DNA of 63,984 nt, counting the filler, from Alcyonidium flabelliforme (lineage: Eukaryota): the NCBI GenBank assembly GCA_026167845.1. It is 10 parts of 10 records of this genome, joined end to end, with 100 filler letters (N's around TTAATTAATTAA, not from the genome) between each part and the next. Parts side by side here need not be neighbours in the genome. Positions count along the whole stretch, not along the records: positions 30,470 to 37,024 come from JAOQFJ010000004.1; positions 37,125 to 42,691 come from JAOQFJ010000005.1; positions 42,792 to 47,966 come from JAOQFJ010000006.1; 7 more parts are not named here. One strand, written 5' to 3'. Under the pieces are notes generated by a model, which was not told the origin of the DNA, did not search any database, and was given only the letters and a program-made list of their open reading frames with translations. Shown piece by piece: positions 34,418-44,891 of the stretch. Both the position numbers and the translations under genes were made by a program. The stretch's first letter is position 1, and each line of letters opens with the position of its first letter.

Positions 34418-35215
34418 ATGTTGGACTTTAGCTTCAACACACCCACGGCGCAAGTGGGTGCGTACAGCATCCGTACCGGCCAGGTCATGACTTCTGGGCA
34501 TCAATTGATTAGCCAAAATCCCGGCAAAGCTTTAGAAACAAAAGTGTCGCCAGATGGGCGAGACCAAATCTCCGATGAATGCTGTATCAGTTGCATGATC
34601 CTGTTGGTTTTACTCTTTTCGGGCACCTCCCCAACTCATCGTATCACTGCCGTCGAGAATGAAGTGGAGCGGCCGGTGGGAACATTGATGGCAACAATAC
34701 CAAATATTCACCGTCCCAGCCTGGATCCTACGACCATGTTATCGCATCTGTTGGCTCAATTGCAGTCTAAACAGGCGCTTCAGCGAAAGAGGGATAATTA
34801 TAAGACTATATTCCCTGCCAAGCAATCTCGGGTACCATTAGTAAATCTATTGGGTACACGTCAAATCCTGACCAAAATTGAAACTCTGAAGAGACGAGGC
34901 TGGCCCAAATTGAAACGACTGAGTCGGGCTGTTTATCGAAATTCAAAACGGATTTCGCGTCTTCGTGCGCACTTGTCATTCTTACAAGCAGAGCTCGAAG
35001 AACTGACATCTCGAAACGGTTCATCAAAGGCAGTTGTGTGCAAGCAGGAGATGACTAAAAATGAGCTATCCCCGAGGCGGATATGTTTGATTGGATCTTT
35101 GTTGGTTCAGCATTATCTCGAGAAATGCAGTGAGGGGCCAGTTGATGGAAATAGGGTGAATATTCCGGGGTTGACCGCTCTGGTAATTGACCGATTTCCT
35201 TCCCTACGCGCGTGA
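34418..35215 (+). CDS. Hypothetical fungal protein with a coiled-coil segment
   Basis: 265-aa ORF; RISRLRAHLSFLQAELEEL heptad pattern. Confidence 0.3.
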   Translation: MLDFSFNTPTAQVGAYSIRTGQVMTSGHQLISQNPGKALETKVSPDGRDQISDECCISCMILLVLLFSGTSPTHRITAVENEVERPVGTLMATIPNIHRPSLDPTTMLSHLLAQLQSKQALQRKRDNYKTIFPAKQSRVPLVNLLGTRQILTKIETLKRRGWPKLKRLSRAVYRNSKRISRLRAHLSFLQAELEELTSRNGSSKAVVCKQEMTKNELSPRRICLIGSLLVQHYLEKCSEGPVDGNRVNIPGLTALVIDRFPSLRA

Positions 35216-36942
35216 CATTATTTGTTTTGTGCTTTTTGGCTATTTTGGGCGGAAGTACTGTCGAAGTATTATCTCATCGGTCATGCAGTAAGCATGAGCA
35301 CAATGATTGAGTTAAGGGTGGTACTGGTTTTCAACGATTTTACAATGCAACGCGGCGTATGCTATTCCAAGCATTCTAAGAAGCTTCTTGGGTAGCGATA
35401 GCCTTCGATATTTTGAAGGAAGGGCATTACCAACGCACGAGCTTTACAGGTCCGCTCGAAATTCCTTCACCATTTTATTCTCTTTGGTTCTTTCCTAAGT
35501 CTTGGCCAGACCACCTCGGCCTACATCTGGCTAGCCCATTAATTACTTATCGAATAGGAAAAGGGCAATGGATATTCACTAGCTACATTAGGCCTAGCGT
35601 CAATAAAAATAGAGGTGGAGAAGCAATCAAAGAGAACAAATTGGTGAAACTCATTTCGAGCGCGTCCATAGGAAAAACAGCTCCCTAATTTTGAGAGTTC
35701 TATAAGAGTCTACATACGAAAATGTGAGTCACATCCGTGCTACGCTCCGGCAGCACCTTAATTGGTCCACCCCGAATACCAATCCGACTCAGTGGCAAGG
35801 TCGTGAGGTCTGAACTACTCTATAGGATACCCCATGGTTTCGCCCGCAACTACCAAGTGAAAGTCAATCGAGTCACTCGCGTTTTGAGAAGAGCCGCCGA
35901 TTATTCCAAACGTATAAAAGTTGTCGACCTGACATATTTCTTAAACCTTTATCGCTAGTGGCACAAGGCTTCCACAGTTTGTTGAGATGCGCTCGAGGCT
36001 CTTAGTGCCGTCAGCACGGAGCCCTATTTGGCTTGAAGTTTGGAGTACTTACATAGTTGCAAAGGAATATACCAGATAGGTTGGCATATGACAGACGATG
36101 ACAATTTCTAGCATGAACGTTGCACGAGGTTTCGCTGACTTTGCTTAGGTGGTCAATGTTCTCCGTCGTAGCGTCTATGTAAGCAATTCCGTGCGAATAT
36201 ACACAAGCCGGAGTTTGCTGTTGCGATCATTAGATACTTGCAAACAATCAATGATAGGGACCGACCTCTATGATCATTTCGTACGGTAGTTTGGGCAGTG
36301 GAAATGTTGGCGAAGAGTGATACTAGAAATACGTCAGCGGGTCACGTTCTCGGATGCGCTTTCTGGGGATCGCACTGGATGGGTGGATGTTGCTGTGTGG
36401 ATCGGGTCATCATGGGGCCTTGCGACCTATCGAAAGTCAGTATATGAAACCCGCATAATGCAGAGCGAATGTGCAACCACTCACGACCAAAACGGCGAGA
36501 AGCAGTAACAAAATGCTAGCAGAATCTATACCGGCCCTCATCACGTTAATTGGAAATAGACAAAGTCCGTTAAAGAGGGGGAGATCGAGGGTAATATATA
36601 TCTCTTGGGTCTTGGAAATGGTATATTTCTAAAGTTATAGCTTCACACGCAGGGAATCTTAAATTGAGCTATACGGGCACAAATGTGCTGTCCCAAAATT
36701 AAAAGTTGATTCTCCCGCTGACATCAATTTTCAATGTCATCGGCATTTCTTTGATGCCAGTGATGCCAACATAATGATGCACCACCCGTCGTTATTCTCG
36801 ATTTCTTTACTTTCATAGGATTGCCACGCCTCCTAGGTAAATTGGTGCCTCAGAAATATGCTCATCGAGCCTTGATGATATAAAAGCGCTTCGCAGCACC
36901 ACCCGCCAAAGCCGGGTCTTTGGATACCAAAGTTGTTTGATC

Positions 36943-37024
36943 ATGTTCAGGTCTCTGCTTACAGTCATCGCTATCCTCGGTCAAGTTCAAGCCCTTGATC
37001 TTCGGCCCCTCATTCAATCTACAT
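36943..37024 (+). CDS. 5' end of a secreted fungal protein (truncated)
   Basis: TATATAAAA box ~60 nt upstream; MFRSLLTVIAILGQVQA signal-peptide pattern. Confidence 0.4.
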
Positions 37025-37124
37025 NNNNNNNNNNNNNNNNNNNNNNNNNNNNNNNNNNNNNNNNNNNNTTAATTAATTAANNNNNNNNNNNNNNNNNNNN
37101 NNNNNNNNNNNNNNNNNNNNNNNN

Positions 37125-37537
37125 TACTAAACACCCGGATGTACTCTCTGATCGGTTACTGACGTCTCATGTTTCCAACGTACTACTCTAGCGTGAGTGT
37201 TCCGGTATTGGCGACTGGATGTTCTTGGTCACGTGATCGTCTCCGGTATACACTAGGGTCACATGATCGCTTGTATAATGGTTGCCAAGCGGATGTAGTT
37301 GCGACCCCTGCTAGTCGAGAAGGGAAGGTCAAGGCTGGTTGGGTCCATTCACCTGGGCTTTAGTAGTGCGCAACAACCACACGCACTACAGAAATGTTCG
37401 CCCCTTCCGGTGAATGTTTATATCTAGGTCACTGATATACTTCCTGTCATGTTCCATAATAACAGGGAAATGGATGCAATTTAACTTAATTTCACCAAAT
37501 TAATTAATGTACACCATTTATAACCATGCCTTCTCCC
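37125..37537 (-). repeat. Probable polypurine tract and 3' LTR (partial) of the Gypsy element
   Basis: Minus-strand GGGAGAAGG (37537-37529) just after the pol stop, followed by TG and non-coding sequence; no second LTR in the contig. Confidence 0.5.
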
Positions 37538-37549
37538 AGTGGTCGAGTC

Positions 37550-40500
37550 CTAATGTCCTATAGGATCTCCATACCAGTGGGGTGCCCTTCTCTGCCTTTG
37601 ATTATCTCTCCGTGTAGGGTGTTCAACAGGCTTGGTACTCTTCTTAGCGACTACTGCATTTTTAGATATTTTTACAGTAGTGGCTGTACCACTGGCCTGT
37701 GTACTTGCCCCTCGTCGACGACTGTTTGTAATTATTCGCCGACGGGCTCCACTTCGACTCTCACTAGCCTTGGGCTTGATCAGATTATTATCTAGTACTG
37801 TAGGGACAGGTACCAGAGCAAGTCTGTCGTGCCTAGCTTGGCGAGGTCGGCCTCCAGTTGCCTTCTTTGCCGCAGTAGTAGTAGTCGGAGCACGACTGGC
37901 TCCCGACTGAGGTGCGACCTGGGGGTCAACTGGGTGGGTCTCGACTGGGCGATGGTATTTCTTGAGCCTAGACTCATTGACTATTGACTTATAGTCTGCC
38001 AGTCGGTAGGTATGGTTGGGATAGACTTCAACTACTTTGAAAGGCCCAGCAAACTGTGGTTGCAGCTTTGGGTTGACCCCTTTCTTTCGTCTGCGACTAT
38101 CGACCAGTACCTCCTCTCCTACGTCGTACATGCAATTACCTTCATAATTAGAAGGTATAGTAGCATGTTGTTGCTCCCTCAACAACTCATGCACTTGCTC
38201 CAGCCGACGTTGGAGGTTGGTGACGTACTCCGTGTGAGTCTCTAATGGGGTAATGCTTGCTCCATAGACGAGCATGTCGGGTAGTCGACACTGTCGTCCT
38301 AACATAAGAAAGTTTGCACTTTCCTTTGTAAAAGAACTAGGTGTCGCCCTAAATGCTCTCATGATCTGTGGCAGTAGCTCGTCCCAACTGTCCTGCCCCA
38401 GGGCGTGCTGTTTAAGCAGGCACCTGAGTGAGTCACCGAGTGTTCTGTTACCTCTCTCCACAATTCCATTACTTTGTGGGTGATATGGGGTGGTCCGGGT
38501 CTTGTCTACCCCCCAGAGGTCACACAGTTCCTGAAACAATTCTGATTCGAACTGTGTACCTCTATCAGAGTGTATACACTCTGGCAGACCGAAGTAACAA
38601 AACACACGCTTAGCCAGAGCTTGGGTGACCTCCGACGCAGTGGCATCGGGTATAGCTAGTGCATCCTGCCATCTGGTAAAATGATCCGTTAGAACAAGGA
38701 TCCACTTGTTACCAGATTTGGTCGTAGGCATTGGGCCGACTAAATCAATAGCGACTTGCTGCCAGGGTCGACCAACTAGAAGATTGCCTCGAGCTTTAGT
38801 AGAGAGACAACTCTTCTTTGATACTTGACAAGTATCGCAGGCTCGGATAATGCGACGTACGTCGGATGTCATGCCTGGCCAAAACCAGTCTAACTGAATC
38901 CGTTTGAGTGTACGCACATACCCGGTATGCACCATAGTGTGACAGTCCCACACTACCTTCCGTCTGAGCGATTTAGGACATATTGCTACGTCGTGGGTTC
39001 TACTCCTACCCTTTTTACATTTAATCCGGGCTGTAAGTACTCCATCATGTCGAAGTGTCATATTCGACAGCATCTGGTTGTACCTACGCAGATCTGCACT
39101 ACCTAGTGATAGGGTGCTTTGGGGGATCTGCGCGTCAGTTTCCACAGCCCGGTGGACGAGACACAAGTCTCCATCTCCCTTCTGTAAATCCCTCAGAGAT
39201 TTTGGGATCTCTGGCACATCTTTACAGACAGCCGGGCTAGCTAAAGGTGAATTGTCTATACCAGTGGGCTTCCTTGGTGTCGACATGGCAACGACTGGGT
39301 GCAGATAGCTAGGCTGCACTGTTGTATCGTTCCATTCGACCACCCCCTGGGCCCCTCCTGCCACTGGTAGCTCAAATTCACCCTGGATTGCATGTTGACC
39401 TGCAACAGCGGATATTACATGCTGTTCAGTGGAATCGTCAACACTTCCACAATCCGAATCCTTAACTGCCCCTGCGCTGACAGACACCGGAACCAAAATT
39501 CCGGTTTCTATTTCAGCCTGCACTTGGAGATGGGTCGGCCCTCCCATTGCCTGTATGCGACTGCATTGTTGACAGTCGAGGCACAGCCGTGAGAGCCCAT
39601 CAGCATTACCATGCTTGACCCCTGGTCGATGTTCAATCCTGAACTTGAATTCAGCTAGCAGTTCCAACCAGCGGGCTACCTGACTACTGGGCTCTGTCTT
39701 GCGACATAGCCAAATCAGTGCGGCATGGTCTGTCCTTAGCTTAAATTCTCGACCGTAGAGATAAGGTCTAAAATGCTTCACGCCTTTGCAAACTGCAAGC
39801 AGCTCCCGACGTGTTACACAGTAGTTGTTCTCTTGAGGAGTAAATGTTTTACTGAAGTATGCGATCACTCTCTCTTTCCCTTCCTGGACCTGCGACAGCA
39901 CAGCACCTGTTCCATAGTTGCTTGCGTCGGTGTCGAGGATGTACTCAAGGCGGTGGTCCGGGTATCCGAGGATTGGGGCAGTTACTAGTCGACGTTTAAG
40001 TGTAGTAAACGCCTCCACTGTACTGTCCTCCCATTCAAACTTTACCCCCTTCTTTGTGAGGCGTGTTAGAGGCTTGGCAATGGTGGCAAAGCCCTCTATG
40101 TACTGTCTATAATAGCCGACAGTACCCAAAAATGTCCGTACTTCAGATATGTTCTTAGGTACAGTCCATTCTTCCACCGCCCGGACTTTGTCGGGGTCGG
40201 TGGAGACACCCTCACTGGACACTATGTGCCCGAGGTATTTTACCGACGTCTGGAAGAGCTCGCATTTAGAAGGTTTTAGCTTCAGGTTGGCTTTCCGTAG
40301 ACGTCTCAATACCTCCTCCAATCTCTGACAATGGCTGTCGAAGTCGTCTCCCAATACTATTACATCATCTAGATATAATAGTAGTGTTTTGCAGTGCAAG
40401 CCCTGGAATACCCCTTCCATCATGCGTTGAAATGTAGCGGGGGCGGAAGTAAGTCCAAATGGTAGAACTTTCCACTTCCATAAGCCTCCCCGCGTACAAA

Positions 40501-41950
40501 ACGCAGACTTTTCTTGGGCATCTACGTCGAGTGGCACTTGCCAATACCCACTCGTGAGGTCGAGTGTGGTAAAGTAACGAGCACCAGCCAACGCGTCAAG
40601 GCTCTCGTCTATCCTGGGTAGAGGGTAGGCATCCTGCTGAGTGATGTCATTCAGCCGCCTGTAGTCGATGCAGAATCTCCAACTACCGTCCTTCTTTTTA
40701 ACCAGCACCACTGGGGAGCTCCAGGCTCCGGATGCTGGCTCTATAAGGCCCTGTTTAAGTAGCTTGGAGATCTGACTCTCGACCTCGACCTCCTTTTCAT
40801 GACCCAGGCGACGGGGTGGTTGTCGTATTGGTCTCATCCCTGGTTTTAATGGGATGGTATGTTGAACCAAGTCTGTACGACCCACGTCACTGGCATCAGT
40901 GCTGAACACATCCTTATAGCGTACTAGCAATGAAGAGAGTGTTGCTCTCTCTTCAGCGTTCCTGCAATTAGGTGTGGCACTGGCATATAGTTCCTCTAGA
41001 TGGTTAGGAACTTTCTGTTCCCTCTGCACTTCGACTTGGTCGATGTTAGCCAAGTGTGCAGGTATGTCTGACTGATTACAGTCGAAGACCTCATCCTCTG
41101 ACAACTGGGTGAAAGTAGCAATTTTCATTCCAGCTGTCAGGCATATTTCCTCATAGCCAGGGTTCATGCATCTGACTAGCAGTCGGCTGTTCCTTGGCAC
41201 ATTTACTGTACTTGCTACCAGTACAGTGCCTATTCCCGCTACTATTCCCATAGTAGGACAGCCGTCGACCGCAACTCGGCACAAGGTGTTAATCTCGCTA
41301 CGTGGTGGTATTGAGATTGACTGTACCAGTTGCAAGGGTCGCGTCAGTGGTTTCCCCTGATTATCCACACATCTTAGGGTTACACCTCCAATGGTAAATT
41401 CTGACTGCTTGAATAGAAATGTGCAGTCGTTATCGACAAAGAAAGGCATTCCAAGGATTGCATCTTTATCGATAGGTGCGACAGTAAATTTTATGGTTAC
41501 TGGCACCGTTCGAACTTTCCCTGACACGGAAATCTCACCAATAAATGGGAGCATCGTGCCATCTGCTAGCATGCTGACTGTGGTCGTAGTCTGGAGAGTA
41601 GATTTTATGCTCTCCGGTAGTACGTCGAAGATCTTACTTGACAGTACATTTAAGCTACATCCAGTGTCCAACAAGAATAGACATGGAATGGATGTGCTAT
41701 CAACTCGACCTGGCAAGTAGTAGCTCGACTGGCAAGCACCCAGGGTATATAGATTTACCTCCTGGGGCCTTACAGTACGAGGAGTACTTGCAGTGGGCAT
41801 GGTGACAGATTGGATTTTCACCCTGTCGGAAGACTCAGTTGCAATGTCGTGAGGTTTACAAGGATATTCCCTCTTCGACATTGGCTTAGACCGGGCTTTG
41901 CCTCGATTGCGCCCAGCTACACCCGTAGCAGCGGACGCAATCAGTTTTCC
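37550..41950 (-). CDS. pol: Ty3/Gypsy pol polyprotein (protease-RT-RNase H-integrase)
   Basis: LLDTGC, YLDDV, DTDAS, integrase H-x4-H...CDTC zinc motif, IDLVGP, HSDRG, VERGNR; the frame is open back to the gag stop region. Confidence 0.95.
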   Translation of the reverse strand, partial: GKLIASAATGVAGRNRGKARSKPMSKREYPCKPHDIATESSDRVKIQSVTMPTASTPRTVRPQEVNLYTLGACQSSYYLPGRVDSTSIPCLFLLDTGCSLNVLSSKIFDVLPESIKSTLQTTTTVSMLADGTMLPFIGEISVSGKVRTVPVTIKFTVAPIDKDAILGMPFFVDNDCTFLFKQSEFTIGGVTLRCVDNQGKPLTRPLQLVQSISIPPRSEINTLCRVAVDGCPTMGIVAGIGTVLVASTVNVPRNSRLLVRCMNPGYEEICLTAGMKIATFTQLSEDEVFDCNQSDIPAHLANIDQVEVQREQKVPNHLEELYASATPNCRNAEERATLSSLLVRYKDVFSTDASDVGRTDLVQHTIPLKPGMRPIRQPPRRLGHEKEVEVESQISKLLKQGLIEPASGAWSSPVVLVKKKDGSWRFCIDYRRLNDITQQDAYPLPRIDESLDALAGARYFTTLDLTSGYWQVPLDVDAQEKSAFCTRGGLWKWKVLPFGLTSAPATFQRMMEGVFQGLHCKTLLLYLDDVIVLGDDFDSHCQRLEEVLRRLRKANLKLKPSKCELFQTSVKYLGHIVSSEGVSTDPDKVRAVEEWTVPKNISEVRTFLGTVGYYRQYIEGFATIAKPLTRLTKKGVKFEWEDSTVEAFTTLKRRLVTAPILGYPDHRLEYILDTDASNYGTGAVLSQVQEGKERVIAYFSKTFTPQENNYCVTRRELLAVCKGVKHFRPYLYGREFKLRTDHAALIWLCRKTEPSSQVARWLELLAEFKFRIEHRPGVKHGNADGLSRLCLDCQQCSRIQAMGGPTHLQVQAEIETGILVPVSVSAGAVKDSDCGSVDDSTEQHVISAVAGQHAIQGEFELPVAGGAQGVVEWNDTTVQPSYLHPVVAMSTPRKPTGIDNSPLASPAVCKDVPEIPKSLRDLQKGDGDLCLVHRAVETDAQIPQSTLSLGSADLRRYNQMLSNMTLRHDGVLTARIKCKKGRSRTHDVAICPKSLRRKVVWDCHTMVHTGYVRTLKRIQLDWFWPGMTSDVRRIIRACDTCQVSKKSCLSTKARGNLLVGRPWQQVAIDLVGPMPTTKSGNKWILVLTDHFTRWQDALAIPDATASEVTQALAKRVFCYFGLPECIHSDRGTQFESELFQELCDLWGVDKTRTTPYHPQSNGIVERGNRTLGDSLRCLLKQHALGQDSWDELLPQIMRAFRATPSSFTKESANFLMLGRQCRLPDMLVYGASITPLETHTEYVTNLQRRLEQVHELLREQQHATIPSNYEGNCMYDVGEEVLVDSRRRKKGVNPKLQPQFAGPFKVVEVYPNHTYRLADYKSIVNESRLKKYHRPVETHPVDPQVAPQSGASRAPTTTTAAKKATGGRPRQARHDRLALVPVPTVLDNNLIKPKASESRSGARRRIITNSRRRGASTQASGTATTVKISKNAVVAKKSTKPVEHPTRRDNQRQRRAPHWYGDPIGH

Positions 41951-42691
41951 GACCTTCGGGGCTGTGAGAGTGTTTGAAGTTTAGGACACTCTCGTTTGAA
42001 GTGCCCCGGTTGCTGACAGTGGTAGCACACGACCTTGTGTCTGCTACTAGGAGTTCCCCTCCTTGGTGCACTGGTTGAGCGACCTTGTATAAGTTGTTCA
42101 AGCCTTGCAAGTTGTGCAGTAAGGCGATCTACCTTGTCATTTAATTTTTGAGTAGCGATGTTAGGCTGCTCAGGACAGGAGATCGACTGGGCTCTACTTT
42201 CGACTGGGGCTAGGCTGACAGCTTTCACTGTACTTTTGCCCACTGCATCACCCAGTCTATAGTATGCCTCAGTTTGCCTTATGTCCTCTGGCACCGACGC
42301 AGGTCGAGCCAGGTACAAGTGTCTACGTAATGCGGCATTATCCATCGCCATTACGAATTTCTCTACAGCTAGGGCAGTCTGTTGGGTCGAACTTTCCCTC
42401 GGGTATGCTGTAGGTACCAGTGTCATGATCTCATCACCCAGATCATGTAGTGTTCCCTTTTTATCGACAGATGTAAGTCGTTCTCTGGCTTGAGTTTCGG
42501 TTAGACCGAACCTATCTGTAAGGTCAGCAACAATATCAGCTATTGTCTCGTGCGCTTTGCATGGGGCTGCCTTGGCCAGGAGACTTTGTCGCATGTGGAC
42601 GGCCATGAGTGTTTCATCCCACTCACGCACCTCGGCCACATCCAGGAAATCTTTAATAAATAGCATGAGATTTCCAGACCCATCGAACTTG
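41941..42691 (-). CDS. gag: Ty3/Gypsy gag (5' truncated)
   Basis: CCHC knuckle CYHCQQPGHFKREC; lies directly upstream of pol. Confidence 0.88.
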
Positions 42692-42791
42692 NNNNNNNNN
42701 NNNNNNNNNNNNNNNNNNNNNNNNNNNNNNNNNNNTTAATTAATTAANNNNNNNNNNNNNNNNNNNNNNNNNNNNNNNNNNNNNNNNNNNN

Positions 42792-43077
42792 TTTGGCGGC
42801 GACTGCTGCTGAAGAAGCTAAAAACCAAGTTTATAATGTGGCAGTAGGTGGACGCACTACCCTTAATACGCTGTTTTCAGCACTTAAAGAGCATTTAAGT
42901 ACTAATGGCATTAGCTACACTCAAGCACCAGTCTATCGAGATTTTAGAGCAGGTGATGTGCGTCATAGTCAGGCTGATATTACTAAGATACAAAATGCAT
43001 TAGGCTATGAGCCACAGTTTGATATTATTCAGGGTATTGAGAAAGCGATGCCTTGGTATGTAAGTTTCTTAAGATAG
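42792..43077 (+). CDS. C-terminus of an NAD-dependent UDP-GlcNAc(A) 4-epimerase (WbpP/TviC-like)
   Basis: [14 protein letters not shown]...[13 protein letters not shown]. Confidence 0.88.
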
Positions 43078-43087
43078 GTATTCGTAA

Positions 43088-44284
43088 GTGTTCATAAGCT
43101 TAATAAATAGATATAAATCTATAGGTATAATAACTGGAAGTTTATTAATAACAGCTATTATATCTTTTTTAGCATTACCTTTTCTGTCAAGACTATATAC
43201 GATTGAAAATTTTGGTGTATATGGGTTAGCTGTATCTATAATAAGCGTTGTGAGCACAATATCTTCATTAAGATTAGATCAAGCTATTTTAGTAGCTAAA
43301 GATACTGAGAAGGCCTCATTATTATTTTTTGGAATATTGATTGCTTTACTTGTAAGTTTTATATGTTTTATTCTTCTTTATTTCTTCAAACCGTTTTATT
43401 TTTGTGTGGCTGTGGCGGGTGGGGTATTTGCAAGTAGCGTATTTCAGTTGTTATATGCTTATAACTTTTCCGAGAATAGAGAGTATTACTGTGGTTTCTT
43501 AAACTTATATAGAAGCTCATCCCTTATATTAGCGCAACTTATCATCCCTTTAATTTTTAGTAGTCCAGAGCTGATTTATGGGCTATACATTCAGTCAGTA
43601 TTTATTATTACTTTATCTGTTAGTTCTGCTTTTTATTTATTTAAAAATACTAAATTCGATATAAATATAGTTCTAAACTTTAAAGATTTTATATTGATAA
43701 ATAGCCCTCATGCTTTACTCAATAGCTTCTCTCATAATATGCCTTATTATTTTATAAGTTTTTTCTTAGGTAGTAAAGCTGTTGGCTACTACTCGGTCGT
43801 CGAGAGAGTGTTGAGGTTACCGATAAATTTAATATCTCAGGTAGTTAGACAGTTTTTTATTAGAGATTTTTCTAAGGTGGAAAATAATATTGCTGATAGA
43901 AAGAAGGCATTGAAAGCTTCATTATTTATGTTTTTAATTTCAACTCCTTTTTTCTTAGTTTTAATACTCTTACCAGAAAATATTTATATAGGTATACTTG
44001 GTAAACAATGGGTCGGTATAAGAGAATATTTCGTTATTTTAGCATTTGGTTACTGGGCTGTATTCTGTAATCCACCAGCATCAGCTTATATTATTGCAAA
44101 GCGGAAAAGTAAATGGCTTTTAAGATTTCAGATTATTGAACTATTTATAAAAATAAGCTTGGCACTTTTTATTTATTATATTTACGATCAAAGTGTTTTA
44201 ATTTTATTATCTATAAGTGTGGCATTAATAATTTATAACCTATTAAATATAATATTCGTTGCCAGAGGAGATAGATATGCGTAG
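43088..44284 (+). CDS. wzx: Polysaccharide flippase
   Basis: Multi-TM protein with LPFLSRLYTIENFG and VGYYSVVERVLRLP; cluster context. Confidence 0.82.
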   Translation: MFISLINRYKSIGIITGSLLITAIISFLALPFLSRLYTIENFGVYGLAVSIISVVSTISSLRLDQAILVAKDTEKASLLFFGILIALLVSFICFILLYFFKPFYFCVAVAGGVFASSVFQLLYAYNFSENREYYCGFLNLYRSSSLILAQLIIPLIFSSPELIYGLYIQSVFIITLSVSSAFYLFKNTKFDINIVLNFKDFILINSPHALLNSFSHNMPYYFISFFLGSKAVGYYSVVERVLRLPINLISQVVRQFFIRDFSKVENNIADRKKALKASLFMFLISTPFFLVLILLPENIYIGILGKQWVGIREYFVILAFGYWAVFCNPPASAYIIAKRKSKWLLRFQIIELFIKISLALFIYYIYDQSVLILLSISVALIIYNLLNIIFVARGDRYA

Positions 44285-44882
44285 TTTACTAATGAGTTAT
44301 AAGAAACTGAACAGTATTATCAGGAAATCTTTTGGGAGTTTTTTTTGGGGAATACCTTTTACACAGTTAGGTCAAGGTGTGAATTTAGAGTTAAATGGTA
44401 TATTTGAGGCAAAAAAAGGTCTAAGGGTTGGTCGTAATGTTTCTATTATTGTTGAAAAAGGTGCTTCCATATCGATTGGTTCAAATGTCTATATTGGTGA
44501 GGGATCGTATATAAAATGTTATGGTGGCGACTTGATAATAGGAAATGATGTCAGTATCAACGCCCATGCTTTTATTAATGCTTGTGGTGGGGTTATTATT
44601 GGGAATGATACTCGTATTGCAACTAAGTTTGTATGTATCGCAAGTAATCATATATTTTCAGATCCTGACTTACCAATAAGAAAACAAGGTGTATCGAAAG
44701 ATGGTATAAAGATAGGTAGCAATGTGTGGTTAGGTGCTAATGTAAAAGTTTTAGACGGTATTACTGTTCCTAATAACAGTATAGTTGCAGCTGGTGCTGT
44801 TGTTAATAAGCCGCTAGATGAAGAAGGTTTGTATGCTGGTGTACCCGCAAAGTTCAAAAAGAAAATTTTTAATTTAGAATAG
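44277..44882 (+). CDS. Hexapeptide-repeat acyltransferase
   Basis: Left-handed beta-helix repeats IGSNVYIG, IGSNVWLGAN, AAGAVV, GVPAK. Confidence 0.88.
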   Translation: MRSLLMSYKKLNSIIRKSFGSFFWGIPFTQLGQGVNLELNGIFEAKKGLRVGRNVSIIVEKGASISIGSNVYIGEGSYIKCYGGDLIIGNDVSINAHAFINACGGVIIGNDTRIATKFVCIASNHIFSDPDLPIRKQGVSKDGIKIGSNVWLGANVKVLDGITVPNNSIVAAGAVVNKPLDEEGLYAGVPAKFKKKIFNLE

Positions 44883-44891
44883 GAACTATTA

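Noticed and set aside
41886..41940. Second zinc knuckle (VRCYGC) after gag
   Set aside because: It lies in a third frame, lacks the His/Cys completion, and coincides with the frameshift-stimulating hairpin.
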